Below, in pieces: positions 31,001 through 40,630 of a stretch of DNA of 64,000 nucleotides. The stretch covers positions 288,001 through 352,000 of the forward strand of contig OZ243972.1 in NCBI GenBank assembly GCA_965214705.1. The letters run 5' to 3'. A program made the translations under genes and the position numbers. The notes under the pieces were generated by a model. That model was not told the origin of the DNA. It did not search any database and saw only the letters and a list, made by a program, of their open reading frames with translations. Every line of letters begins with the position of its first letter. Positions within the stretch are counted from its first letter, which is position 1. This DNA is from Alphaproteobacteria bacterium. GTDB lineage: Bacteria > Pseudomonadota > Alphaproteobacteria > UBA828.

Positions 31001-31548
31001 CAAGTGCGGAAAGCAGCCGACTCGCAGTGACCGGACAGGCGGCTGCCCTCGATAACGAAGTTCTAAACCCGTCAGTTAGAGCGTTTGTCAGAACGTTGGC
31101 CAATGACAGAGTTGATACGGATGCCGACTGGATCAGCGCCGTCGCCACGGTCGTGGCCGGGAAGGCTCCAATGGAGTGGGACGACGACGACCTGTCTCGT
31201 TTTCGCGGCGAGCTCCCCTTGGAAATTGCCGCCTTTCAGCGCCTTGTCGCGCTCCACGCCGAGCGACGGGCCGACGGCGGAGGCCCCTTCGACGCGCTGC
31301 GAGTTACCATCACCCGCCCCGATGGTAGCGAGCATGTTGGCTTGGTCGACATCGACCGACGCGAACGTGGCGTCGTAGACAAGGCCATTGGTGAAGTGCT
31401 GAAGGAGTTGGGCGAGACCATTGGTTCGCCTCATCGAGTCCACAAGGCATTGCTCGCCGCGCTCGGTGATCGGATTCTGTCCGAGCAGGCCAGAAGGGAG
31501 GATGAAGCGGTTCTTGTCCTCCCGAAAAGGAAATCTCGAAATGGATGA
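28078..31548 (+). CDS. sspC: Large P-loop ATPase (SspC-like)
   Basis: RSTNLERD N-terminus, Walker A GPYGSGKS, Walker B LLIIDEFGK, YPLHP; lies between DUF4007 and PAPS-reductase genes. Confidence 0.78.
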   Translation: MAVLADHISVLDRFARSTNLERDVDRLEPLDGYIVTARALDVVERVAGTAVAGAAGGAWSLTGPYGSGKSSLALLLDGAFGPAGPTRTRALKLIDETSPAVGESIRCAHERYRTMDSGFQRGLITASREPIGDTLLRALQSAVLRRYGKLSSSEKLPAANTLRRGIDDAVENNPHRTGPSAVEIVEIARCLAENSPLLLIIDEFGKNLEAIGDSSEADPYLLQMLAEAGQGSGLPIFLLTLQHLSFENHLTGVAAPRRREWAKVQGRFEDIAYVDSSRQSRALIGTVFAVSNENLRKRITRWARPHARAMRSLGIAEMADPEVVASCYPLHPLAAMLLPELCNRYGQHERTLFSFLAGPHSAGVASFLASTKLPSRGALPSLGLGTVYDYFVSGDAQVEIASDRLRRWNEIALRLRDLHGLSPRETRLAKAIALLNLVSVGGTVRASSEVLSLVDADSANLLVRLDAAGVVTYREFADEYRIWQGTDVDIRRLMELARRKAGRQSLSEILSGLDVPAPVVAARHSAKHDVFRVFARRYADSGEDVEPLDAFAPCDGEVLLVVGADRRLPKLVSPTAAAKPTVAAIPDDLTALDRAGREIAAVTVVLNDPVVESDWVARCELAERLAESQAALRDAMTVTFGAGACQWVLIDDSGVRELRAGRGSAALSEAADFAYPFTPAVGNEMLNRTDLTSQGAKARRRLLEAMIERRSEANLGLEGYGPEVAMYRAFLARTGLHLRVSNGETYDFGTPTDTSVLPAWKALEREFARAKTLRVNLKDIHAVLLLPPFGMKAAIVPVFVTAALLAFRDEIAIYEHGTFKPLLTPDLSERMVRNPSHFEIKHFANAAGARRQVVDALAERLGGVTRFGKHRVGNVLSVVGLMVHQVRNLDGYTRRTRNLGAAARMVRDAIGMAVEPDELLFDALPSALGFRPVPTDTKTYAKACEYADGVGVAFDELAGCHDELLADLFQFLLDTSAESSRLAVTGQAAALDNEVLNPSVRAFVRTLANDRVDTDADWISAVATVVAGKAPMEWDDDDLSRFRGELPLEIAAFQRLVALHAERRADGGGPFDALRVTITRPDGSEHVGLVDIDRRERGVVDKAIGEVLKELGETIGSPHRVHKALLAALGDRILSEQARREDEAVLVLPKRKSRNG

Positions 31549-32389
31549 TACGGTTCGCCACATCTGCGGTATCTCGGGAGGCAAGGACTCCAGCGCACTC
31601 GCCGTCTACCTGCGGGACAAGGTGCCAGGGATGGAGTATTTCTTCTGTGATACTGGCGCGGAACTTCCCGAGACGTATGAGTATCTGACCCGTCTCGAAG
31701 TGATTCTTGGCAAGCCAGTCATTCGACTGAACGCCCAGCGTGGCTTCGATCACTGGTTCGAGGTCTTTCGCGGGGCATTACCCTCTCCCCAGATGCGATG
31801 GTGTACCAAGAACATGAAGATCAAGCCGATCGAGGCGTGGATCGGCGACGCACTCGCTCTCTCCTATGTTGCGATCCGCGCCGACGAGTCGAATCGGAAG
31901 GGCTACATTTCTACGAAGCCAAATATCAGAACCCGCTTCCCTTTTATCGAGGACGGAATCGATCGCGATGGAGTAACCCAGATCCTCGAAGAAGCCGGTA
32001 TCGGCCTACCGACCTACTACGACTGGAGGACGCGATCGGGCTGCTACTTCTGCTTCTATCAACGCAAGGCCGAATGGGTCGGTCTCGCTGATCGGCATCC
32101 TGAGTTGTTTCGGCGTGCGGTCGCCATCGAGCGGAAGGTGTTGCGAGACGCCGGTGTTGACGGCGATGCCGATTTCCGCAGCCAAGCCATGCGGGGTCGC
32201 CAGTACACTTGGTCCAGCGGGGAGACCCTCACGGAGCTGCTGTCCCGTCGGATCGAGATTCTTGAGCGGCATGAGGCTGCTAAGTCTCGTGCAGCCAAAG
32301 TGCCGGCGAACGTCCCGCTGATCGAAATACTCACTGAAGCACTCGACGAGGACGACGACACCATACCCTGCACCGTGTGCGCATTGTGA
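31541..32389 (+). CDS. sspD: PAPS-reductase-family PP-loop protein (SspD-like)
   Basis: SGGKDS PP-loop, DTGAELPE, RWCT, RSGCYFCFYQ, terminal CTVC; overlaps upstream stop. Confidence 0.88.
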   Translation: MDDTVRHICGISGGKDSSALAVYLRDKVPGMEYFFCDTGAELPETYEYLTRLEVILGKPVIRLNAQRGFDHWFEVFRGALPSPQMRWCTKNMKIKPIEAWIGDALALSYVAIRADESNRKGYISTKPNIRTRFPFIEDGIDRDGVTQILEEAGIGLPTYYDWRTRSGCYFCFYQRKAEWVGLADRHPELFRRAVAIERKVLRDAGVDGDADFRSQAMRGRQYTWSSGETLTELLSRRIEILERHEAAKSRAAKVPANVPLIEILTEALDEDDDTIPCTVCAL

Positions 32390-34008
32390 GCGGTATGGCG
32401 GTGGCGCCGCCCGGCGGACCGGGGCTCTCAGTTGCCCGGTTTCTCGATTCGCTCCCGGATCGAGATCTCAGAAGATTCTTGGAACCTGGTGTCCTGTCGG
32501 TGTTGGACGCACTCTTCGGCGGCCGTATAGACGGCGAGGATCTGCGGCGAGTCGCTCGGACCTTGGTCGATTTCGATATCCTGCTCGGAGAGCCAAATGG
32601 TCGGAAGCTTGTCCTAAGCCTCGTTCCTGATGAAAAGCGCGCCGAGTTGGAGGCCCGCGTCGGGCGGATCATCGCGGCGAGTCGCGTGAGCGAGTGGTCC
32701 GAATCGGAGGTACGCCGGCTCCGCGACTTCTTCGGTCTGGTCGAGGAGCGGATCCTGCCCCCGCCGACGCCATCCACGGACACGATCACCCCGGTCTACG
32801 GCCTGTTCGATCATCAGAGGAACGCCGTGTGCAGGCTGGCGCCGTTGCTGGCCGAGGATGAACGCCGAGCCGTTCTTCATCTGCCGACCGGGGTCGGAAA
32901 GACACGGACAGCCATGCACGTGGTGGCGGAAACTTTGCGAGCTAACGAGCCGTCAGTCGTGGTTTGGCTGGCCTCCGGCAAGGAGCTGCTGGAGCAGGCG
33001 GTTGTGGCGTTCAAGGAAGCCTGGATGCACTTAGGAGCGAGGCAGCTCCAAATCGGAACCATGTGGGGCGACCGAATGCCGGATCTTGATCGCTTATCCG
33101 ACGGGTTTCTCGCGGTCGGGCTCGCAAAGGGCTGGGCGGCGATCTCGCGCACTGATCCAGATTGGGCAGTTCGGCTATCTCGACGGGTCCGGCTGGTAGT
33201 CTTCGACGAAGCCCACCAGAGCATCGCCAGAACCTATCGGCGGATCACCGAGGAGCTCACGCTGGACTTCAGGTGCGCGCTGCTGGGCCTCACTGCGACG
33301 CCGGGGCGGACATGGGCCGATATCGACAAAGACGGTGAGCTTGGCGAGTTTTTCGCCGGAAACAAGGTGACACTCGAAGTCCCCGGCAAGAATCCCATCG
33401 AATACCTCATCGAGAACGGATTCTTAGCACGGCCAAGCTTCCGGACACTCCTTTCGCGGCCCGGGCTCGTATTCAGTGAAGAGGAGCTTGCCCGCATCGC
33501 CGGAGGGTTGGACATTGCAGAAGAGATCGTGGTGGCCTTGTCGATGAGCGAGCAGTACGTGGCCGCGGTTCTGGATGCCGTCAACGAGTTGCTCGACGCT
33601 GGGCACAGGCGAGTGCTCGTCTTCGCCGCCACGGTGGACCACGCGCGGATATTGAGCGCGATTCTCGTCGCACGTGGCGTGCTCAGCAATGTGGTCACAG
33701 GTCTGACACCCGGGCGTGCGAGAGAGCACGCCATCAGGGCCTTCAGGTCCGATGACGACGTACCCATGGTCCTGGTCAACTTCGGCGTATTGACTACAGG
33801 GTTCGACGCCCCCAAGGCTAGCGCAGTCGTCATCGCCCGTCCCACTCGGTCCTTGGTGTTGTTTAGTCAAATGGTCGGTAGGGCAATTCGAGGTCCCAAG
33901 GCCGGTGGGACCGAGGCATGCGAAGTCGTAACCGTCGTCGATCCGAATCTGCCGGGTTTTGGCGATGTGGCGGCAGCGTTTCTGAACTGGGAGGACGTAT
34001 GGCAGTGA
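32386..34008 (+). CDS. SF2 DEAH-box helicase (ResIII-like)
   Basis: LPTGVGKT, DEAH, LTATP, LTTGFDAP, QMVGRAIRG; GTGA overlap with upstream gene. Confidence 0.93.
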   Translation: MSGMAVAPPGGPGLSVARFLDSLPDRDLRRFLEPGVLSVLDALFGGRIDGEDLRRVARTLVDFDILLGEPNGRKLVLSLVPDEKRAELEARVGRIIAASRVSEWSESEVRRLRDFFGLVEERILPPPTPSTDTITPVYGLFDHQRNAVCRLAPLLAEDERRAVLHLPTGVGKTRTAMHVVAETLRANEPSVVVWLASGKELLEQAVVAFKEAWMHLGARQLQIGTMWGDRMPDLDRLSDGFLAVGLAKGWAAISRTDPDWAVRLSRRVRLVVFDEAHQSIARTYRRITEELTLDFRCALLGLTATPGRTWADIDKDGELGEFFAGNKVTLEVPGKNPIEYLIENGFLARPSFRTLLSRPGLVFSEEELARIAGGLDIAEEIVVALSMSEQYVAAVLDAVNELLDAGHRRVLVFAATVDHARILSAILVARGVLSNVVTGLTPGRAREHAIRAFRSDDDVPMVLVNFGVLTTGFDAPKASAVVIARPTRSLVLFSQMVGRAIRGPKAGGTEACEVVTVVDPNLPGFGDVAAAFLNWEDVWQ

Positions 34009-35183
34009 GCACATCCGGGGTCCAACTGAGCTTTTCCATCATTGATTCCGAAATGACGGTCAAGGCGATGCGTGACAGCGGTTACAAGTCCACGACGCAT
34101 GCGCTGGCTGAACTCATCGACAACTCGATCGAGAGTAACGCGACGGCTGTCGAGGTGTTCGGAACCAGTCGCAGGGATGCCCGCACCGGAAGATTCACCC
34201 TCACGACGTTGGCGGTCCTCGACAACGGTGAGGGCATGAATGGCGACACCCTGCGAGGGAGCCTTCGCTATGGTCACGGTACCCGCCGTGAGCGGAGAGG
34301 TATCGGCCGTTTCGGTCTGGGTCTTCCCAACTCCTCGATGTCGCAAGCGAAACGAGTGGATGTGTGGTCGTGGCAATCGGGTGCCACGAACGCTCTTCAC
34401 ACGCACCTGTCCCTTGACGAGGTGGAGGCCGGAGCGAGAGAGATTCCGGAGCTGGAACGGCTGGAGATCCCGAGCGTTTTTCGCGAAGCGAGCCGCTGCG
34501 TGTTCGGCGACTCTGGCACCCTCGTGGTGTGGAGCGACCTCGATCGTGTCGAATGGAAGCAGGCATCCACGACGTTTAAGCACACCGAGTTACTGATTGG
34601 GCGGATGTATCGGCGCTTCCTGGCGAAACAATCAGAACGTCTACATCGGGATGATCCGAGGGAATCTGAGATCGGATCACGACGCACCATCACCTTGATT
34701 CCCATTCGGGAAGACGGAGAAGTAACTAAAGTTCAGGAGGATGAAATTGTTGAGGTGAGGCCAAACGATCCCTTGTATCTAATGACAAGCACGTCTTGCC
34801 CGGAGAGCTTTGGCCCCGGCCCCATGTTCACGGAGCTTGAGGGAAGTCCGTTCCAGGTACCCGTGAGGTACCAGGGACGGGACTTCGAGGTTCGCGTTCG
34901 GGCGAGCTATGCACGCGCACACGTCCGGGATTCTTCCGCGCCCGAGGCAGATTGGCCCGAAGAGTGGGTCGGCAAGGACGCGGGACGCGCTCCGTGGGGA
35001 AAACATGCGGATCAGAACATGGGGGTCTCGCTGGTTCGGGCGCACCGAGAGATTCAGCTCGATGATTCCTGGGTCAGTGGCGACGACCCGAGAGAACGCT
35101 GGTGGACCGTGGAAGTCGACTTTCCGACAGCACTCGACGAAGTGTTCGGCGTGACCAACAACAAGCAGGGCACAATGACCTTT
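33999..35183 (+). pseudogene. GHKL/MORC-like ATPase, 5' part (interrupted)
   Basis: ALAELIDNS, DNGEGM, GIGRFGLGL, GTLV Bergerat-fold motifs; LDEVFGVTNNKQ just before the insertion. Confidence 0.9.
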
Positions 35184-35412
35184 GAACGAAGCCGCTACGC
35201 GGAGTTAGCGGCGTAGAGTTCATTCATTTCCGAGGCGTCGCGGGTGCCGTTTGTTCTGTGCGTTCGCTTCCCGGTTGCGTCAGTGGCGCTCCGCCCGTCG
35301 GGTGGCGGATCCCCAGCAGCCTCCCGATCACCAGTGGTTAGTATCGACCCCTGCGACGGACCGTCGCCGGATCGGTCCGGCGGCGCGCCGTCGCGATCCA
35401 GGGAGATCGATA

Positions 35413-36291
35413 ATGACCGGGACCGCGTGCGACACGAACACCGTCACCCCTCTTCGCCAGCGCATGGAGGAGCAGCTCCGCATCGCCAATCTGGCCGCGA
35501 GCACGTCCAAGGCCTACATCTGCGAGATCAAGAACCTGGCCAGGTACTACGACGCCTCGCCGGACGAGCTCGACGCCGAGCAGGTGCGCCAGTGGTACCT
35601 GGGGCGGATCGACAAGGGGCTCAGTCCGGGCACGACCAACGTCTCCTTCGCCGCGCTGAACTTCCTCTACATCGACACACTCGGCTGGCCTGACCATGTC
35701 GCCGGCCTGCGCTCCCGCAAGAAGCCCGGCAAGCTGCCGCGCTACATGTCGGAGCAGGAGGTCGAGCACCTCATCCTTGCGACACCCGACCTCCGCCACC
35801 GTGCTGCCATTGTCACCGGCTATGGCGGCGGGCTCCGCATCTCCGAGACCTTGGCCATCAAGGTCGGCGACATCCTGTCGGAGAAGAAGCTGCTGCACAT
35901 CCCCTCCGGCAAAGGCGGCACCGAGAGAATGGCACCGTTGCCGGACATCGTCATCCACTACTTGCGCGTCTACTACAGGAACATCTGGCCGCGTCCGACG
36001 AGCTGGCTCTTCTACGGCGTCTCGCTCGACAGGCCCATCGCAACGGAGACCTTGCAGGCCGCCTTCAGGAGGGCGCGCGACATTGCCGAGCTCGACCGCA
36101 GCTACACCTTCCATTGCCTGCGCCATTCGGCGGCGACCCATCTCCTCGAGCGCGGCGGCGATATCGAGGTGATCCGGGACATGCTCGGCCATCGAAGCGC
36201 GAACACGACCCGTCACTACGCCCGCGTCACCGGCAAGATGTTCGAGGGCCTCGACCACCCGATCTCAGGCTTCGCAGCGTTGCGCAACTGA
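35413..36291 (+). CDS. Tyrosine recombinase associated with IS91-like transposase
   Basis: TPLRQRM N-terminus, GLRISE, GKGG, HCLRHSAATHLLE, LGH, TTRHY. Confidence 0.93.
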   Translation: MTGTACDTNTVTPLRQRMEEQLRIANLAASTSKAYICEIKNLARYYDASPDELDAEQVRQWYLGRIDKGLSPGTTNVSFAALNFLYIDTLGWPDHVAGLRSRKKPGKLPRYMSEQEVEHLILATPDLRHRAAIVTGYGGGLRISETLAIKVGDILSEKKLLHIPSGKGGTERMAPLPDIVIHYLRVYYRNIWPRPTSWLFYGVSLDRPIATETLQAAFRRARDIAELDRSYTFHCLRHSAATHLLERGGDIEVIRDMLGHRSANTTRHYARVTGKMFEGLDHPISGFAALRN

Positions 36292-36297
36292 CGGCGC

Positions 36298-37539
36298 GTG
36301 GAGGCCGAACGCGCGGGCGTGGCGGAGATCTTCCGCCGCGCCGGCGCCGCTTTCCGTGAGCGCCACAAAGGGCGCATCGACGCCGCCCGGCTCAAGGTCA
36401 TGGGCGCCATCGAGGCGTGCCGCACCGCCGTGCTCGGCGGCCACATGTACGCCTGCGAGGGCTGCGGGCGCGAGCATCCGCTCTTCAACTCCTGCCGCAA
36501 CCGCCACTGCCCCACCTGCCAGGGTCTCGCCGCCAACCTCTGGAGCGAGGAGCGCGCCGGGGACATCCTGCCGGTGCCCTACTTCCATGTGGTCTTCACC
36601 CTGCCCAAGGAGGTTGCCGCCATTGCCTTCTGCAACCGCAGGGTGGTGTTCGACATCCTCTTCCGGGCCGTCGCCGAGACCCTGCGCACCATCGCCGCCG
36701 ATCCCCGCCACGGCGGCATGCGCATCGGCGGCACCGCGGTCCTCCATACCTGGGATCAGAAGCTCCGCTTCCACCCGCACCTGCACGTGGTCGTGCCCAA
36801 CGCGGGCTTCGACGTAGACAGTGGCGAGTGGAAGACGGGGAGCACCACCTTCCTCGCCCCCGTCAAGGTCCTCGGCAGCCTGTTCCGCCGCCTCTTCCTC
36901 GAGGAGCTCGCCCGCGCCCACGGCCGGGGGGACCTGGAGTTCCACGGCACCCTCGCCCACCTCGCCAATCCCGGCGAGTTCCACGCCACGCTTGCCGCCG
37001 CCCGGGCCAGGGACTGGGTGGTCTACGCCAAGCGGCCCTTCCGCGGGCCTGAGCAGGTCTTCCGGTACCTCTCGCACTACACGCACAGGATCGCCATCTC
37101 CGACAGCCGCATCGTCTCCTTCGACGGCGAGACGGTCTCCTTCCGCCACCGAAAGCCCAAGGCGCCGGGGCAGAGAAAGCCGCGCTACGGCATCGCCACC
37201 GTGAGCGCCGACGAGTTCATCCGCCGCTTCCTGAGGCACGTCCTGCCGGACGGCATGCACCGCATTCGCTACTTCGGCATCCTCGCCAACGGCTGCCGCG
37301 CCAGCACGCTGGAGAGAGCACGCCAGGCTCTCGGCGCCCTCGGCTGCGCCGCCCCCGAGGGAAGCGTGGACGGCGCTCGGGCCGAGCCCGACGAAGAGCC
37401 CGAGATCGGCACCGCGCCCGTGGCCTGCCCCCACTGCGGCGGCGTCATGCGCCTCGTCCGCGAAATCCGCCGCCGCCATGAGCCCCGCTCGACGCGCGGC
37501 CCGCCGGCGCTGCCGCCGACCCACAGGGGGAAACCGTGA
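36298..37539 (+). CDS. IS91-family rolling-circle transposase
   Basis: Zn-binding NSCRNRHCPTC, YFHVVFTLP, HUH motif HPHLH, YLSHY (Y2), HRIRYFG. Confidence 0.95.
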   Translation: MEAERAGVAEIFRRAGAAFRERHKGRIDAARLKVMGAIEACRTAVLGGHMYACEGCGREHPLFNSCRNRHCPTCQGLAANLWSEERAGDILPVPYFHVVFTLPKEVAAIAFCNRRVVFDILFRAVAETLRTIAADPRHGGMRIGGTAVLHTWDQKLRFHPHLHVVVPNAGFDVDSGEWKTGSTTFLAPVKVLGSLFRRLFLEELARAHGRGDLEFHGTLAHLANPGEFHATLAAARARDWVVYAKRPFRGPEQVFRYLSHYTHRIAISDSRIVSFDGETVSFRHRKPKAPGQRKPRYGIATVSADEFIRRFLRHVLPDGMHRIRYFGILANGCRASTLERARQALGALGCAAPEGSVDGARAEPDEEPEIGTAPVACPHCGGVMRLVREIRRRHEPRSTRGPPALPPTHRGKP

Positions 37540-37801
37540 GACGCCCGCTCGCTTCGGCCCCGCGCAACGGCGCCAAAGCGCCGACGCACGACCGAACCTG
37601 TCTCCGCTTGAGCCGGGCTGACAGCCCTCGGCTCACACCCCGCTCAGTCCTCGCAGCGTGCGCCCGCATGCCTGCCGAAAGACCGGCGCGAGCGTCGATT
37701 TTATGCGCAACTCTGCTGCCGGTGGATGCCGCCTGACGCTGACATCAGCGCACTTTCCACATAGCTCAACTTCGCCTCTCGTGGCCCGCGGCTTCGTTCA
37801 A

Positions 37802-37843
37802 AAGGGTTGGGCAGGCTCTCTCTCGAGAGCCTGCCCAACCCTT
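37802..37843. repeat. 19-bp perfect hairpin at the IS91-like right end
   Basis: AAGGGTTGGGCAGGCTCTC-tctc-GAGAGCCTGCCCAACCCTT. Confidence 0.9.
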
Positions 37844-37849
37844 AACCTT

Positions 37850-38605
37850 CAGCGTCTTGCCCGGTTTGACTGGAAAAGAGAATCGCTTCCCGATGAGGAA
37901 TCGAGCGGTGATGTTCGCCGCCGGATGGAAGAAGAGGGAGATCACCGAAGCTACCTTCTGGATCTTCGCAAACAGATCACGAACGCGATCGAGCTACTCC
38001 GGCCTCGGTCCCGCCAAGCCAAGCAACCCCGTGGTAAGCGACACGTTCTCGATGAAGATCAGAAGGCCGACGCCAAGGCGACCGCTGCAATAACGCGCCG
38101 AATGCAAGAGGGCCACGAAGGCGAGTCCGACAAGGCGGGCGAATCAGGCTCCGCGGAGGAACAACGGGAAGCGCAAGTCGAATCCCTCACTGAGAAACAT
38201 CATTTCGACCAGACGGACGCGCTGCAGGAAATTGATGAGACGATTCGGGCGGGAAACCGCGTACGCTGGATCCAATCGGCGCAGTCCAGTCCTGCGTTCT
38301 TCGACGTCGAATCGTTGCCCAATGTGATTCAGGTCGCTCTCAACACGGACCATCCGGTGCACTCGCACCTCTACGACATCATGCATCCAGATGTCGAGGA
38401 CATGACCGACGACGAGGTTCGGGAACGACTCGCGCGAGCCGCCGCGGCGTTCCGCATCCTCATTTATTCGTGGGCACGCTACGAGGACGAGCAGACCGAA
38501 CGGGACCGCCGCCGGGTCCGAAACGCCCGGTTGGAGTGGGGTAAGTACGCGGAGGAATTCTTCGACGAGGATGACGATTCGGTTCCCCCGACGGATCTCG
38601 TATAG
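37850..38605 (+). pseudogene. GHKL/MORC-like ATPase, 3' part
   Basis: QRLARFDW...LNTDHP...WARYEDE continues in frame once the IS is removed; no start of its own. Confidence 0.85.
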
Positions 38606-38614
38606 GAATTCGTC

Positions 38615-39526
38615 GTGGCCGGCAGTGATCGTGATACTCAAGGTGCCCGAATCCGGGCCCTCTTCGAGCGTGCAGACGGCGAGGTCGCTGTGATTGCGCC
38701 ATTCATGAAGGTCGACGCACTGCGCTCTCTGCTCGAAGTCATCCCCGCCGATTTGCATCTGCGTTGCGTCTCCCGCTGGCTTCCGAAGGAAATCGCCGCC
38801 GGAGTCTCGGACCCGGAAATCCTGGATCTGCTTGAGGCGCGTGGCAACTTCAGTCTCTTCCTCGTGGACCGGTTGCACGCAAAGCTCTACATCGCCGGTG
38901 ACCGGTGTTTCGTGGGTTCGGCCAACGTTACCCATGCCGGGCTTGGAGAAGGCGGTGATGGCGGCAATATCGAGGTCCTCGTCGAGTCGACGGTCAACAA
39001 CCCTGGAGTCGCGGCTACGCTTAAGGAGATCGCTCAAGCTGGGCGAGAAGCGACAAGGAGCATGGCGCGGACGGCTCGGCGGCTTGCCGACAGCCTTGCC
39101 GATTCGACGAGACCTGCGGTTGCGCCTGATGTCCCCTGGTTTCCCAGGAGTCGCCGTCCCGAGCAGGCGTACGGCTTCTATGCGCAGCCGCCGAACGGTT
39201 TCGTAGGCGCGGCCGATCACGTTCTTATCGCGGACTTGGCAGGCTCAAATCTACCACCGGGTCTCAACGAGCAGGAGTTTAAGGATGCGATTCGAGAGTT
39301 GCTTGCCGCTATACCACCCGCCGAAATCCTCCTTGAAGGTTCGGGGGACATGACGCTTACCCGAGCCGACGCGAGTTCCTGGTTGGAGACGGTCACCGGA
39401 GATGATTTCTCCACCAACGACTTGTGGATTGCGTTCGTCAACTGGATGGTGTGTTTCTTTCCTGACTGGGTCATGAAACAGGAGATATCGGAGGTCGCCC
39501 TCCGGCGCGCCCGGTTGCTGGGCTAG
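38615..39526 (+). CDS. Phospholipase-D (HKD)-family nuclease-like protein
   Basis: IAPF, single LHAKLY...GSAN motif; 9 bp after the GHKL stop. Confidence 0.85.
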   Translation: MAGSDRDTQGARIRALFERADGEVAVIAPFMKVDALRSLLEVIPADLHLRCVSRWLPKEIAAGVSDPEILDLLEARGNFSLFLVDRLHAKLYIAGDRCFVGSANVTHAGLGEGGDGGNIEVLVESTVNNPGVAATLKEIAQAGREATRSMARTARRLADSLADSTRPAVAPDVPWFPRSRRPEQAYGFYAQPPNGFVGAADHVLIADLAGSNLPPGLNEQEFKDAIRELLAAIPPAEILLEGSGDMTLTRADASSWLETVTGDDFSTNDLWIAFVNWMVCFFPDWVMKQEISEVALRRARLLG

Positions 39527-39833
39527 GATGAACTTCGCCGCAAGTGTTTACTCGGTGCGGTGGCTCCGCGCATATCTGAGAATCTTGTATTCGAGGAGGA
39601 TCAGGGCGAAGAACATGGAGGCCTTGCCGGACTTTCGCGAGTGAGTGACCGTGTTCAAGGGACGCGCGTGGGACGCGCGGCCTTCGCCGTTTTCACCCAC
39701 CAGCAATGTGTCGAATGGGTTCGTCAACATGATCGGGATGGCCGCTGGAGCCTGGAGCGGGTGGTTGACCTGGATCGGCACGAAATACGCAATGTGATCG
39801 GCCGATGCGCGGTGAGATGACCCCTTGTCAGTG

Positions 39834-40630
39834 TTATGGGTAGACGTCCTCCCGGTCCTCGCGATAGTCGCCGACGACCCATATGAAGCTCTGGATGTCG
39901 ATGCGGTCGCGCGGATCGAGGTCTGACAATCGGTTCGCGGTCTGCTCGGTGAGTTCGAGAAGGGACGCATAGACGTCGAAATTGAGTTGGGCCTCGTAGA
40001 CGGATGCGAGCAGGTGGCCCACCCGTGTCGCGAAATCCTTCGTCGCTTCCAGCTTCAGATACATGTGGACTTCGGGCCGCCAAAGGAACGGCAGGTAGGT
40101 CGCAACGGTTCACTTGGCGCGGTCGTTGGGCTTGAGCACCCTCTCGAGTTCGCGCAACGCAGGCTCTGTCCCGTCCTCGGCGAACCTGGCTGCGGCCCGG
40201 ACGAAGGCATCGGCGTCCCGGCCGTGCATCAGATCCGCGACCCGCGCCTTCTCGAGCGGGGACAGCATGTTCGTGGCGTGGAACACCGAAAGCACCGCTT
40301 CGCCGAATCCGACGCCAGTCAGCGCGTCATCCAGCGGCGCGTATTCGTCCAGCTTTCTCTTCGCTACCACCTTGTAGTCGCGCTCCATTGACAAAAAACC
40401 GTCGGAACGGAAACCGTTGGGAAAGAACTTGAGGAACCGGATCCGCGCGCCGTCGAAGCCGAAATATCGTGGGTCGGCCTTGCCCGCATCTTCGTGAAGG
40501 CGCCGCTAGACATTCCGTCGACGCATCTCTGGCCATCGACGAGGCCGTAGAAATGGTGGTTCTTCTCGACGAGGCGCAGATTGCGCTTGCCCAGCCTTCC
40601 CTGCCGGACCCCTCGAGCGCTAGCGGCCAT
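39834..40630 (-). pseudogene. Disrupted hypothetical gene
   Basis: One frame reads YFGFDGARIRFLKFFPNGF...ERDYK...AK*TVATYLPFLWRPEVHMYLK...DIQSFIWVV with internal TGA at 40110; probable frameshift upstream. Confidence 0.65.

Larger units (their letters stand above)
35182..37847 (+). mobile_element. IS91-like element (tyrosine recombinase + Y2 transposase)
   Basis: TTTGAACGAAGCCGC (35181-35195) is inverted at 37788-37802, followed by a 19-bp hairpin; removal restores ACC TTT CAG (T-F-Q) in frame. Confidence 0.88.

Noticed and set aside
35178-37849. ACCTT on both sides of the IS91-like element as a target duplication
   Set aside because: Collapsing on this repeat leaves the GHKL halves out of frame; a duplication-free insertion in TTT restores the frame.
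25913-39526. BREX type 4 or Dnd assignment
   Set aside because: No PglZ, BrxL, DndD or DndE-like ORF recognised; DUF4007 and PAPS reductase are separate genes in sspABCD order.
5870-40112. Three TGA codons at apparent Trp positions (~5870, ~20095, 40110) suggesting TGA=Trp recoding
   Set aside because: All lie in otherwise damaged remnants, and many intact genes end in TGA at the expected C-terminus (permease, integrase, ssb); simple G-to-A decay explains them.
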